DNA of 64,000 nucleotides from Bugula neritina. Lineage: Eukaryota > Animalia > Bryozoa. Made by a program: the position numbers and the translations under genes. The first letter of the stretch is position 1. Each line of letters opens with the position of its first letter. The notes below the pieces were generated by a model. That model was given only the letters and a program-made list of their open reading frames with translations, ran no database searches and was not told where the DNA came from. Shown one piece after another: positions 52,066 to 64,000 of the stretch. The DNA lies in contig OZ037773.1 of NCBI GenBank assembly GCA_964035545.1, positions 8,771,751-8,835,750 of the forward strand, read 5' to 3'.

Positions 52066-54411
52066 ATGATAATGAAGAATTCAGTGAACATGTCTTGGTG
52101 TCCCATTTTAGCAATAGGTAAGTGGTTTAAACATTTTTATTCAGAGTTTGAAAACACCAATAGCTTGTTTTTAAAAAAATACTATAATGTATTATTAAAG
52201 GCCTATGCTATATATATTATAATACTCTATGTTATACATCTGAATGCTTTAAAAATTTATTGAAATGGCTCATATATATATATATATATATATATAATAT
52301 AATATAATATAATATAATATAATATAATATAATAGCAGTATTGATGACATTCATTCTACCCTCAACTGCTGCCGACAGCACTCTAAGAACTTTCCTATCT
52401 CAGAATCCTACTTCGTATCGGAGTTCGTTGGTACTATTCGTATATTTGGACAGCTGGTTTGTAAGTACCACATTATGTAACATAATTAAGGATACTAGAT
52501 TATATAGTGATTTCCACTCATTGCAAACAACATTATATATTATTACATTATTATATTATAGTATTACTCTAATGCTTTTAATATAAATATTTCTAAAATT
52601 AAAAATTTTCATATTGAACTTACAATAAGTATACATTGTACCCTAGCGAGCCTAATATACTATTGCAAAAATAAGCAATTTCGTTTTTTGACATCAACCA
52701 GCTATTTTTTGCATCAAGTTTTCCCAATCTATATAAGTTAACTTAAAGGTGAGAAGTTTAAAGGTACTTACACTTTATTCTACAAATAATATAATAAGTC
52801 AAAATAAAATTACATAATACAACTTTTTCATCGCAGCCTCAATGTTACAACTTGCATATTTTTAATTACCATTAAAACACTTTAATTTATCATGTTACAA
52901 TAAAATTAGAAATACTTTATTAAAACGATTTTTTATCAAGTGTTTTTAAATTTATTTAGAGTAATAAAATTGCATTTATATCAACATGTCAATGCATGAC
53001 AGATTTCAATACAACTTAATTGTTATAAGACGTGCATGCATAAAAACAACATTTTAATTTTCTTCTATGCTACTATGTCTATATAGCTGACTATATTGTG
53101 CCTTACACATGACAACATTTCTACAACAGCACAATAATTCAAGAACCGCTTCTCTATTTTGTAGTCCAGCAGCAACCAAATGGGTTTGTCTATCATCACC
53201 GAGCAATGTCAAGTCAACAATTGCTCTTCCTTCCTTCACTCAACAAAATCTGAGGTCAGTTATTGATTGAAAAATAGTTTTTACAAAATCCGAAGAGTCT
53301 GTAGTCTTGTTTCATAGTTAGTAATTTAACTGGGACTAAATTATCTATACTATACATTGTTTGACTACGTAACTTGTAGCCATAACCTACTGCAGTAAGT
53401 AGAAAAATACTATTTGACGATCAAAGATAAAATATTTCAACTGTTACCAGGCGGTAAAAGATTTAACTAAATCCTAGTAACTAAACACATCTGGCATTTC
53501 TATTCCAGGAATTTCCTACATTGCTGAAATAGATATGCCGTCGGATTAAACCTGCATTCCCATCTGTTAGCTTCTCTATAAACTATAAATCAATATTAGG
53601 TAGGATTAGGGCATTTCAACCGGATATTTGTATATAATAAGATCTCCGTTAAATTTCACATTAATAATTTACTAGCTACTTTTTGTTATAATATAGGTCT
53701 TATGTGTATACTTCTTAATGCAGGCAGCTGAATCCTTAGCCTTTCTCCATCGTCAGTTCTCCTGCTGTCTTGGGCCACACAACATACTAAGTTCCCGAAA
53801 CAGAAACGACTTCTTAGAACTAAATGTAGACATGATTTGTACTCTGGGAGGATTTGCAAACTATTGTGAAGATGGAGTGTTGCGACTCAAAGACAATCCT
53901 GACTGTTCAACCTGTGCAGGTAAAATCTCCCCTTGATCCAATTCCTTGATAAGCGCATGCAATTTTGAATAAATATATATCTCCTATAATTTACATAAAA
54001 TATTATAAAACTGTAAAAAATGGTGTTTCTTGATACTAATTTGAAACTATTTTTAATACAACTTCTCTTTCAAATACTTAAGCTATAGATACAGTCTTTA
54101 CTTGAAGCAAAATTGTAATTAAATTGACATTTATAGCTGCTGCTTTAACAAAAGACTGATGTTGCAAGTTGCAATGCTAATAAAGTTTGGGCCCCTCCTT
54201 TAAATAAAAGATGCTAAGTTATGACTCATCCATGGTGAATAGTTATTTACTATGTTAACTATCTTTTTGAAAAACAGGTAGAAATAAAAATTTTAAAAGA
54301 ATTTAAATGAATTTGCGATATATCTGTTATTTTGTAGCCTCTCTAGGAACAAGCTTGTGCGTGCTGGCTAGAACTATGAGTTACTATAACTGTATAATCA
54401 CTGAGTTATAA
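52066..54411 (+). CDS. Secreted Cys-rich protein, array member E (~177 aa, 10 mature Cys)
   Basis: Exons 52066-52117 (alternative in-frame ATGs at 52072, 52090), 52339(or 52336)-52460, 53165-53254, 53724-53919, 54338-54411. ...WCPILAIVLMTFILPSTAA-DSTLRTFL...YLDSWF|SSSNQMGLSIITEQCQVNNCSSFLHSTKSE|AAESLAFLHRQFSCCL...NVDMICTLGG...PDCSTCA|ASLGTSLCVLARTMSYYNCIITEL*. Confidence 0.83.
52272..52334. repeat. (TA)n + (AATAT)n microsatellite immediately before gene E exon 2
   Basis: Directly visible; ends at the TAGCAG acceptor. Confidence 0.9.
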
Positions 54412-55786
54412 TAGCTGTGGCTTCAATATTATTGTATTGGAGCTATTTAGGAAGACTTTAGGCTATTTCTTACTTTTATATTTCACGTTTTACAAAAAAA
54501 TTATTATTGTGAACATTATTTTATACTTTTTATATTTTCAAGTTATTTGATCTGCTAATAAAGAGAAGATAACTGCTAAATTAAAAATGTGTTGGTAACA
54601 AGAATAGCTTGCTATGCCTTTTAATAATTAACAGGTTTATTCTTTTTATCTTACCCTAAGTTATCTACACAACACAACATGATATTATAATGCAGCTTTT
54701 ACAATTAAATTTAGAGTTGTCAGTCTCTGAATATATTCAGACAGTTGACAATTCTTTGGTTGAACTACAAGTAAAGATAATCTTACTTGGCACTTTTGCA
54801 TGAGGCCATAGATTAAATGCTGGTTTTGATGAGGATTATAGACTATTAAATCGTACTACCCTGGTACGCACTAACGCTTATACACTGACATTATTTTTTT
54901 ACAGTGATGGCTCCACTTATACAACAATTTAATGTTAAATTCTAAACTAAATTAGAGCTGCATTCAGTCATAGTACTAAAAATATCTAAGGGGGGGGGAA
55001 AGCACAGATTGTAACCGGCTGCACATCATTACTTATAAGATTTTTAAGAAATGTTTCAAGTCACTTGATAATAAAATATAATTGAAAGGTGAGAATTATC
55101 CTATCGGCAAAATAGACTGAGAACAACCTTTCCGAAAACAACATTATTTGAGAAAAGCATTATTAGAAGCATTTAAAAACTTAAAAAGTTGTTGAAAATC
55201 TTACGTGAATATATTATTTCGATGATAGTTCTTAGATTATCATGTTCAAACTATATTGGCAAATCTAGAGCTGTAGAAAAAATAGCTAAAATATCTGTTG
55301 AAATAACAAAAAGCTTAGCAAATGCTTAATGAAAAAACGTTTTTGACTACTAATCTTTTTAATACAGTATAATAAGTTACGTTTTACTTGCTTAGCCAGA
55401 AGGTTATGCAACTTATTAAAACAATGCAAATTGGCTAATCAATGCAAGACTATGAGTGACAGCGTGCACTATTGCTAAAAACTTAAATAACTAAATTAAC
55501 TAAAACATTAAACAAGCTTTAATTTTTGAACCAATTTAAAGCAAATAAATTAAAAAGTTTTGTAAAATAGAATAAGCTTTTGACAAAAGGAAATGCATAT
55601 AGTACGTAACGTGTATTTACCATCACTGGTGCAGCCCTAACAATTACAGCATATTCATTATTTACACCTATGATTAGTAGAGAGGTGTTGCTGAAGATGT
55701 AGCATCGCAGGTAAATCATTTGACAAGCAAAGAGTGGTCAATTTAGCTAGCCTTTGCTAAGAGCTCCAATACATTGACTCTTGACA

Positions 55787-58122
55787 ATGAAATCCTTTAC
55801 AAAGATTTGCTTTCTTGGTACAATAGCCATGGGTAAGTTTTACCAATAGTGTGACATAAATATATCAACCAAATTATATAATCTGTTAATTCATTTAATG
55901 TATTGTTGTATTCTATTTGACTATGGTTGAACATATTTTACTAAAAACCTAATACGGAGTTAGGTCTATCAATGCTATCATGTGAAATACAATTATATTG
56001 CTTAACGTAATGTATATAAATGTATATATATTGTTCATCAATGTTTTTTACCCTTAATATATGTAATTATTTAAAGTCATTTCTCTGCCATTTAAGCCAA
56101 TATACATTATGAATTAAAACTTTATGTCAACAGAAACTAGTGTAATATGAAGGTAGTATTTTACCTTTGCAGGGCTACTACTAGGACTGTGTGTGCAGTC
56201 CGCCAGTGCTAAGTCTATGACCAGTCTGCTTAATAAAGAAGGTAAACTTATAGGCAAGGCACTTACACTGATAGAATATCTGGAAGAGTTCTTTGTAAGT
56301 TTTATTTCATACAAATAATAAAAGTTAGAAATGATTACATTTTTACTATAAGAGAGATATATATATAGAATCTTTTTAATACTGTCTGAAAAGTTCATAA
56401 TGATGAAGCATAGGATTTCCAATATTTACAGCGATGATGGGCAGTTGAATACTGTTTATAGGAAGGCAGTAGCTGAATTTTCAGAAAGCTAGCCTTATAA
56501 TATATACATATCAGAATTCAGCCCTCCTTGCACTAAATATGAGCAATTAAATTGCTTTAAGTAATTTGAAATAAGCTTTGACTTTGAAAATTAAACTCAA
56601 ATTTCCCCATGCACATTTAATATAAAGATAAACTAACATATATAATTTTTTAAACAAAATTAGGCAGAACTAAAAGCCGAAATCAGTTTTTTATTTTTAT
56701 TCTATTTAGAAACATTTCCAAATGTGCATTTATTGTTTATACATTTTCTATAAGGCAGAGATAACTCCAGATGTAGATTAGTGCACAATATAGTATGTTC
56801 TGTGCAGAGATAACTTTAAGCATGTAATAGTGCAGATTATCTTATGTATTGCAGAGTAGTCATAGAGAACCCAGAATGTCCCATCTCAATGATCAGTGTG
56901 GAAATGCAAACTGCTCTCACTTTCTTGAGTCAACTACTACTGAGGTATTTTTATATTATCTGTATCATATTGCTTGGCATTGCCTTACTTTCTTTCAGAC
57001 TTGAAATCAGAGTTTCTAACCAAAAAACTACTTCTTTATACATTGCAAAAATAATATGCTATAGTTCTTATGATCACTTGATTTTCATATCCTATGCACG
57101 TTTTTTTCTTATAGCCAGTTTGAAAACAAAGGGTTACATTCAAGCATATTTTGCTGTGGTCTCAAAAGTTTCCTTTACATTTTGCTTTGATCAGTAAAAT
57201 AGTTGATAATCATTCTTTTTGAGTCATTTAGAAATTTTTATCGATTGGAGCTTTTTAATATTTCCAATGATAGAGCTTAATTTAAAGATATATTTTCGTT
57301 CCACGATCTCTTTATGACATGTCTAGTCTTGATCTATCTTCTTCTCAATTAGTTGCCTATTCAAAGCGTTGTTGGAAAATTCATACTTATTTATCTTAGC
57401 AGTTTTGTCTGACACTAAATAGCAGATTATTATAGCTGTGATCATGTGTTATGCAAGTTGCAATACCCTGCTAATTAGGGGTATCCCTCCCAATGTAATT
57501 ACCTATCATTGTATATAATAGCTAGTTTATAATAAGCACTTGAAATATGTTATCAAATTGTTTACAACAGGGTCTAAATTTAAATGACCCCTTGTGTAAT
57601 TGCTGAGATGCAATAATAGCAAGAATACATGGATAATACTTACAGGCAGCCAGAGTTCTGTCAACAATATACCTGCAGACCTACTGCTGTGTCCAAACAC
57701 TGGGTAATCTCATTAGACACCACATGAAGGTGCCCTACTTAGGCCGCGCTCAAACTCTGATATGTGAAATAGGGGTTGGCTCTGGAATCTGTAACGAGAG
57801 CAAACACATCAAGGCAACACCTGATTGTTCTCTGTGCACAGGTACATTGTTTAATATTGTTTGCATAAAAACTTAAACACGTATTACATAATAAAATGCA
57901 GGAATATATGATTTTTTATAAAATATTTTAAAAAATTCAACTCGAAATGATTAAATAATGTTACCATGATATCAGCTTCAATCTCAAGAGACTGACTGTT
58001 TATTATACACAAAATGTCTACAGAGATACAGTCTAAAATATCTTTATTTTACAGAGACCTTTGATTCTAACGTGTGTTTGCTGGCTATGATGAAGAGCTA
58101 TTTGACCTGTATTGCTGGTTAA
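55787..58122 (+). CDS. Secreted Cys-rich protein, array member F (173 aa, 10 mature Cys)
   Basis: Exons 55787-55832, 56173-56294, 56855-56944, 57646-57841, 58055-58122; absent from the ORF track in its true frame. MKSFTKICFLGTIAMGLLLGLCVQSASA-KSMTSLL...YLEEFF|SSHREPRMSHLNDQCGNANCSHFLESTTTE|AARVLSTIYLQTYCCV...AQTLICEIGVGSGIC...PDCSLCT|ETFDSNVCLLAMMKSYLTCIAG*. Confidence 0.83.
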
Positions 58123-59237
58123 CAGATAAAAGCCATGTTTATCTAACAGGATGCAATGCAAAAACCATGCAGAATTTTTATTGAATATGTTGTTCCTTGC
58201 CTTTTTAAATTACTTGTTGAAAAGTACTATTGTTATTTTGAATGTTTGCCTATTGTTTCTCTATAGCATAGCATGACAATTTGGTATTGGTTTTATTGAT
58301 TTGAAAAATGATAGTTATTTTATTAAATTTGTTTTCTTATTCAGTAATATAAAATTATCAATATTTTCAATAAATTGGCTTCTCAAGACAAGCAATTATA
58401 ATGCTTAATAATAAATAATTTTACTATATAAGCTACAGTGAGCATTTGTTACAATTTGAAAGTAAAATGCTAGTAAAAATAAAACAATGAAGCAATTAAA
58501 TAAATTTGATGTTAATCTCATGTGCCCTTAATACATTATTTCAACTGTTTTATTCGCTTAGTTAAAAGATTGCCAAAAAGCAATGTTATTTTATTTATCA
58601 TTCGAGTGTGCATTACCACAACAATTATAAAGTTGTCTCTCTTCAGAAACCTTATCATATTATTATTCTGGAATTATGTTTGATTGAGAATTGAAAGACA
58701 GTTGTATTTTCTAGTTAAAATGAAAAATTACAATGAATTACCATATAGAACAAACAGCATAGAAAAAACAGCTATGTAAATAAAAAATAGAAGTATTATA
58801 AAAAAACTGATATACCCAATAAATGCATTGAGTATACTATTTTTCTAATACTTCAAACCTAATATCTTATACCTTACAGTTAAATAACTACAAAAAAAGC
58901 AACTATAAAATTATGACAAAACTTAAAAAACACAACTTTTCTAACACACGGAGTTATAAAATAGCTTACACATGTTTTACAATTTGTAGCTTTTTTAACT
59001 AACTTTCTATGGACACAGCTCTATTCTTCCAAGCATGTGCCAAATATTTGAATCCATCATATCTGAATGTTCCACATCTCTATAAAAGCTGCTATATATA
59101 TTACACATGCTCTTATTTATTAATACATAGTAGGAGTAGCATCAGCGATATAAAATAAATCTTCTAAAAGAAGACTTTTCTTAACTGCCAACTATTTCTA
59201 CAGTAAAAATTCAAATTTAACATCAAGATATTGCAAA

Positions 59238-60999
59238 ATGAAGAAAATAAGTGAAAGATTCCAGTGTTTAGCTTTGATAGTGGGTAAGAGCTTAAATATC
59301 GTCATTACAATTTTTTTTTGTTACAAAACAAACAAACAAGCAAAGCAAACAAACAACTGTAGAGATGAAATATAAAAGTATTTAATTAACCCTATACCTC
59401 AGAATTTCAGCTGTGGTATAGCCTATAGAACTTAATGCTGTTTAGCTATATTCAACCTTGTATATTCTTCAGCTATATAACTTCTAAACAACTTCTACTC
59501 AGTGCAAATCAGTAATTAAATAAACTGATTTATTGCTTGTAGCTTTGTTGATGCTCAACCAGTATGCTGACGCTGCCTCTGATTCATTAGAAGATCGTCT
59601 AGTAGACAACTCCCAAATAAGCAGTTACATTCTAAACGCATACAACTTTTCAAACCAATACCTGGTGAGTCACTCGGGTAAATTTTCTCTAAAATGTTGG
59701 ATGAAGCGTAGCCAACTTTATCAGCATGATACTGCTTTTAGCAAAATCTGTACAAAAGCATCAAAGATGAAAAACTTTCCATAGTGTGGGTGTATGTTTC
59801 AAAGCGCTAACATTTTGACTGCAGCAAACATTCTAGATTATTTCATATTTATTTATTTAGGTAGTTTAATTTATTTCATGGTTGCAGGATTTATACAAGG
59901 ACAAAATCGAAAGGTTTAGCATCAAAGACCTATGCCGTCTGAAAAACACTGATTGTCAGCGCATATTTAAAGCACCTAAAGATCTGGTAACCTTATAAAA
60001 AGTTTTTAAAAAAAACTTCAGCTTAAAAATATTGCATATCCAAAATTTATATCTATAGAAACTATTTTGAATTGTTCTAGAATTCCTTAAGATAAATTGC
60101 AATTTCTATAATATAGTAAAATTTTGTTCAGTGTACACTATATAAATCGTGCAAATGTTTTTTCAAATCTTCACTTGTGTTTATTATTAGCAGCTCATTA
60201 TTTACTTTCAAGCTGATGAAAATCTTGGCAGACATTCATCGTGAGGTCTCTTGTTGTATGCTCCAGCAATCTACTCACACAGATAATACGAGTCATGCAG
60301 ATAATACGAGCCATGCAGATATTGCGATGGAATTTCTACAAAACAATGAGCAGACAATCTGCGAGGTTGCCCCAGAGATATGCTCTCTGGATATGACAAT
60401 CAAAAGCCTCCCTAAATGCCAGGAGCCCTGTCCAGGTGAGATAGTTATACGTGTAGTACATCTCAGTATACAATTATTGAGGCGTGTGGTGCATTGCATA
60501 GAGTGTAATAGACAAGTAGCATAGGATAATGTACGTATTTCATAATCCAGAATTAAGTTTGTCGAGATATACATCAGTATAAATATTATAAGCTAAGTTA
60601 AAAATATAAATTATATCAATTTTAAAAAATTATATGTTTTGCTGAAAGTTTAAGTCTTTTAAAGCACTGCTTATTTAGTTTGCCGTTGACACTTGAATTG
60701 CTTCAAATTGCATAATTATTATGATCCTTCTGAAATGTGTAGCCTAAATATTAGATGGCCAAGCTTTGAAAAAAATACAACACGTTCTGAAAATTTATTA
60801 AATTTTAGTTGTGCTAAAGCTTTGTGTGATTTGTTTAGCATTGAGACAAGCTCTATTCTAAGTTAACTTGATATTACATGAACATTATTGTTTTTTATAA
60901 ATTTTTTATTTCTTTGCAGTTCCTGTAAGCATAACCCTCTGCTCCCTGGCCAGAACTGCTAGTTACCATGAATGTATGCTGTCTAGGCAAGAAAAATAA
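59238..60999 (+). CDS. Secreted Cys-rich protein, array member G (189 aa, 10 mature Cys)
   Basis: Exons 59238-59283, 59543-59664, 59888-59986, 60213-60435, 60920-60999. MKKISERFQCLALIVALLMLNQYADA-ASDSLEDRL...SNQYL|DLYKDKIERFSIKDLCRLKNTDCQRIFKAPKDL|LMKILADIHREVSCCM...NEQTIC...PKCQEPCP|VPVSITLCSLARTASYHECMLSRQEK*. Confidence 0.83.
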
Positions 61000-62049
61000 A
61001 ATAGACAGCAGTCAGCTATGACAGACTAAAGAATTTTGAAACATGACAAGATTTTTTGTCTCTAAATAACATTAATAATTTAGTTAAACTAAAATAGTTA
61101 AAGATGCCGATTGCAAGCAAATTCTATTTATTTATATTTTTAAACTGATTATGCTTGCTAATGCCAAGCTGTCAGTTTGTCTGGTTGTCTAGTGGTTTTC
61201 AATGCAGCATTTATTTTGAATGTGTCCTCCTTTTTAAATACATGTGTAGTTTATAAATTATTTGTATAAATAAATATTATTATATGAAAAATTCAATAAT
61301 AATTAACTTGCAAATTAAATAAAGGTCATCATAACATCATGCATGGGGCTATGTTATTTTATGCAAAAAATATAACAATTCATTACCTCAAAAAGTAACT
61401 GAAACTTATATATAAATCTCTAAGAATTTTCAAAAAAATTTTGCAAATACTCTTTAAATACTTTTGCTAATAGCCCAGTTGTAAGCAGAAGTCTAAAAAC
61501 TAATGTAATCCCCGCAATAAATTTTTTTCGCATATAATAACAAATTATTTCTGATGGAATTAATTTATTTTACTTGTTGGACTGTACACTGCATAGCCTT
61601 TACTTTGTAAGATGCAAAGAGTTTTATTGACCAACTAACTTATGTCAACTAGTGAGAATATGTAAATAAACATTACGTGATATTGTAGTTTCCATTATTG
61701 TGAGTGTGTGAAGATTTTAAGGTAGCCAATTAAAAATAACTTTTATATAAATTAAAATAATAATGCAGAAATGTTTGTCTTAATAACTAACTTTGTTTAT
61801 ACTTTAGAATGTTCTTTTTGTTTTAAAATGTTATAACTTTTTTTACTAGCATTGAGTATACTCAATTGTAATATAATACAGCTTCAAGCATAATAATGTA
61901 CACGATTAAGTAGCTTGCTGGTCTATAAAACAGAAATATAAAGCTTTATTCAAAGTTGTGCTGGTAAACACTACAATGATTACATAATCACGTACCCAAT
62001 ACTTATAAATTATACAGGTTAGACTTTGACTATTCATTTCACAATAATA

Positions 62050-62938
62050 ATGGACGTAATGAAGAGTGTCAGATTTTGGTGTCTTGCTTTGGCCATAGGT
62101 GAGAACTAAAATATCAAAAAAATAATTTTAATTTATTTTGTGATTTTAATCGATTATTCTGTTTTGCATGAAAGAAGATAGTTCATACTGGTTGCTTATA
62201 TTTTATATTTTCAGTACCATACCTGCTAAAATATTTTTAATTGAGAAAGTTTTTGAGAGATTTGGGTGGTCTGCATGAAATCGACTTTTTCACTTTAGTT
62301 GTTTGAAAAGTTGACTTTTTACTTGTAAGAGCAAAATAGCTAAAAAGTTTTTTATACTCGTTATAAAAACTTCAGTCCCTAATTATTGCCCAAAAATTGC
62401 GTGTTTATAAACAAAATTGATTTATATAAGACATTTCTGTCATTATAGTTATAGCTATTTTATTTGATCATTATTATTATTTTAAATATTATTGATAATC
62501 TCAGTATAGTATAAGCATTTTAGGTTGCTGTTGTTTGGACCCGAGAGCAAAAACTTACTAGGTTATTGATGTCATACCCCAAAAAATTATTTAATTCAAG
62601 CTACTCTTCTCTATTACACTTTTTGACTGCTTGTTCCCTTGTAGTGGTGCTGGTTAGCCTATCTGCTGATGCTGCCAAGGCTGATGAGACAACCAAGGCT
62701 GCCAAGAAGGCTGCCAATGTCACTGAGGCCACCGTAGCACCGATACCGTCTTTAGAAAACTACTTGAAGGCTAATCATGGCATGTTTAAAAACATGTTAG
62801 AGGTGTACAATGCTATAAGAAAATACTTTGTAAGTTAGTGTTGTAATTATTTTCGTCAGTAGTTTTTTAGTGACAAGGAATTTTGTTGTATATTGTTATG
62901 TATATTGTTATGTATATATATATATATGTATATATGTA

Positions 62939-62986
<48 letters not shown>

Positions 62987-63923
62987 AATATATCTTTACG
63001 AGCTAGCAATTTGATTATAAATAGGTATACGAGAAACATTGTTATTTATTACTTTATTAGGTAAAGTAACTACACTGATATTTCGGGTACCACTGTACCC
63101 ATCTTCAGAGTAGCAATGAATGAAATTCAAAAATTAAATAATTTATATATATACATATATATAAACTAAATAAGTTATTGTAGAGTTTGTATAAAGATAA
63201 AGCACTGAGCTCACACATCAGGGACAAATGCACTCTGAAAACCACTGAGTGTTGGAGAGCCTCCAAGTCTCCAAAAGAAGTTGTAAGTCTCAATGTACTC
63301 ATGAAACTTTACTCTTAACATTTGTACAAGTTCTAAATAGACATTGAGTTGAACTCGAATATATAAATAGAAGTGATCATGGTCAAGTTTAAATTAATTG
63401 CAATGCTGACCCCATCTGATGTTACTCGCTGACGGTATTTCAGATTTGAAGCACATGTTTATTGCCAGCTGAGATAAAAATATATTTAAAATTTACTTTT
63501 GTTTGCGTGCTAGCAAAATGCAATTACTTACTCAAAAACCTTTCCTTTTCATTGAAAATTAAATTTTTGAATAATTTTGCATCAAGTGGACAAAATTAAA
63601 AATAAGCTTTTAATGACTTTATTTTGCCAGCTCATGTAATATACCATATGTATTGTCATGTCAGCTCATGTAATATACCATACCTATTGTCATGTGCGTC
63701 TATGTTTACCATAAGTATTATTGTCTTCAGACAGTTGAGATCTTATCTGCTCTGCACCGGCAATTCCACTGCTGTCTGGTACAACACACCCTCCTCCCTC
63801 ATGACCTGGTACAGTTCATAAACCACAACCAGAACGTAATATGTCTGATGGGGGGAATTCCCGGGTTGTGTGACTCACATGCCCACCTGGTAGATCTCCC
63901 TCACTGTTCTGACCACTGCCCAG
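62050..63923 (+). CDS. Secreted Cys-rich protein, array member H (partial; exon 5 expected beyond window)
   Basis: Exons 62050-62098, 62645-62829, 63184-63282, 63731-63923. MDVMKSVRFWCLALAIVVLVSLSADA-AKADETTKAAKK...IRKYF|SLYKDKALSSHIRDKCTLKTTECWRASKSPKEV|TVEILSALHRQFHCCL...NQNVICLMGG...PHCSDHCP|. Confidence 0.83.
62888..62983. repeat. (TA)n-rich microsatellite in gene H intron 2
   Basis: Directly visible TA/TATG run. Confidence 0.9.
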
Positions 63924-64000
63924 GTATATCAACACCATACTATCTGTGTATCATATGATATATTATATGTGGTATTTAATATACATGTAATATATTATGT

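Overview
AT-rich animal (invertebrate bilaterian-like) genomic DNA with spliceosomal introns, so most ORF-track entries are exon fragments or noise. Left part: a complete 4-coding-exon Otx/orthodenticle gene on the minus strand (4872-21569, 356 aa). Its 13.3-kb first coding intron holds a defective PIF/Harbinger-type (ISL2EU-like) transposon with two 1077-bp inverted arms, formed because the element's own 3' end replaced its 5' end. Middle: a complete 8-exon ZFPL1 gene (27595-31726, 321 aa). Right half (32.7-64 kb): a same-strand tandem array of at least eight paralogous 5-exon genes (A-H, the last truncated by the window), which I rebuilt by hand from splice sites. They encode ~172-189 aa secreted proteins with signal peptides, a conserved 8- or 10-cysteine frame and intron phases 1-0-0-1. 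I do not recognise the family. One intron in the array is ~98% pure (CA)n. All gene models are manual inferences from GT/AG sites, frame continuity and paralog alignment; no database search was run.
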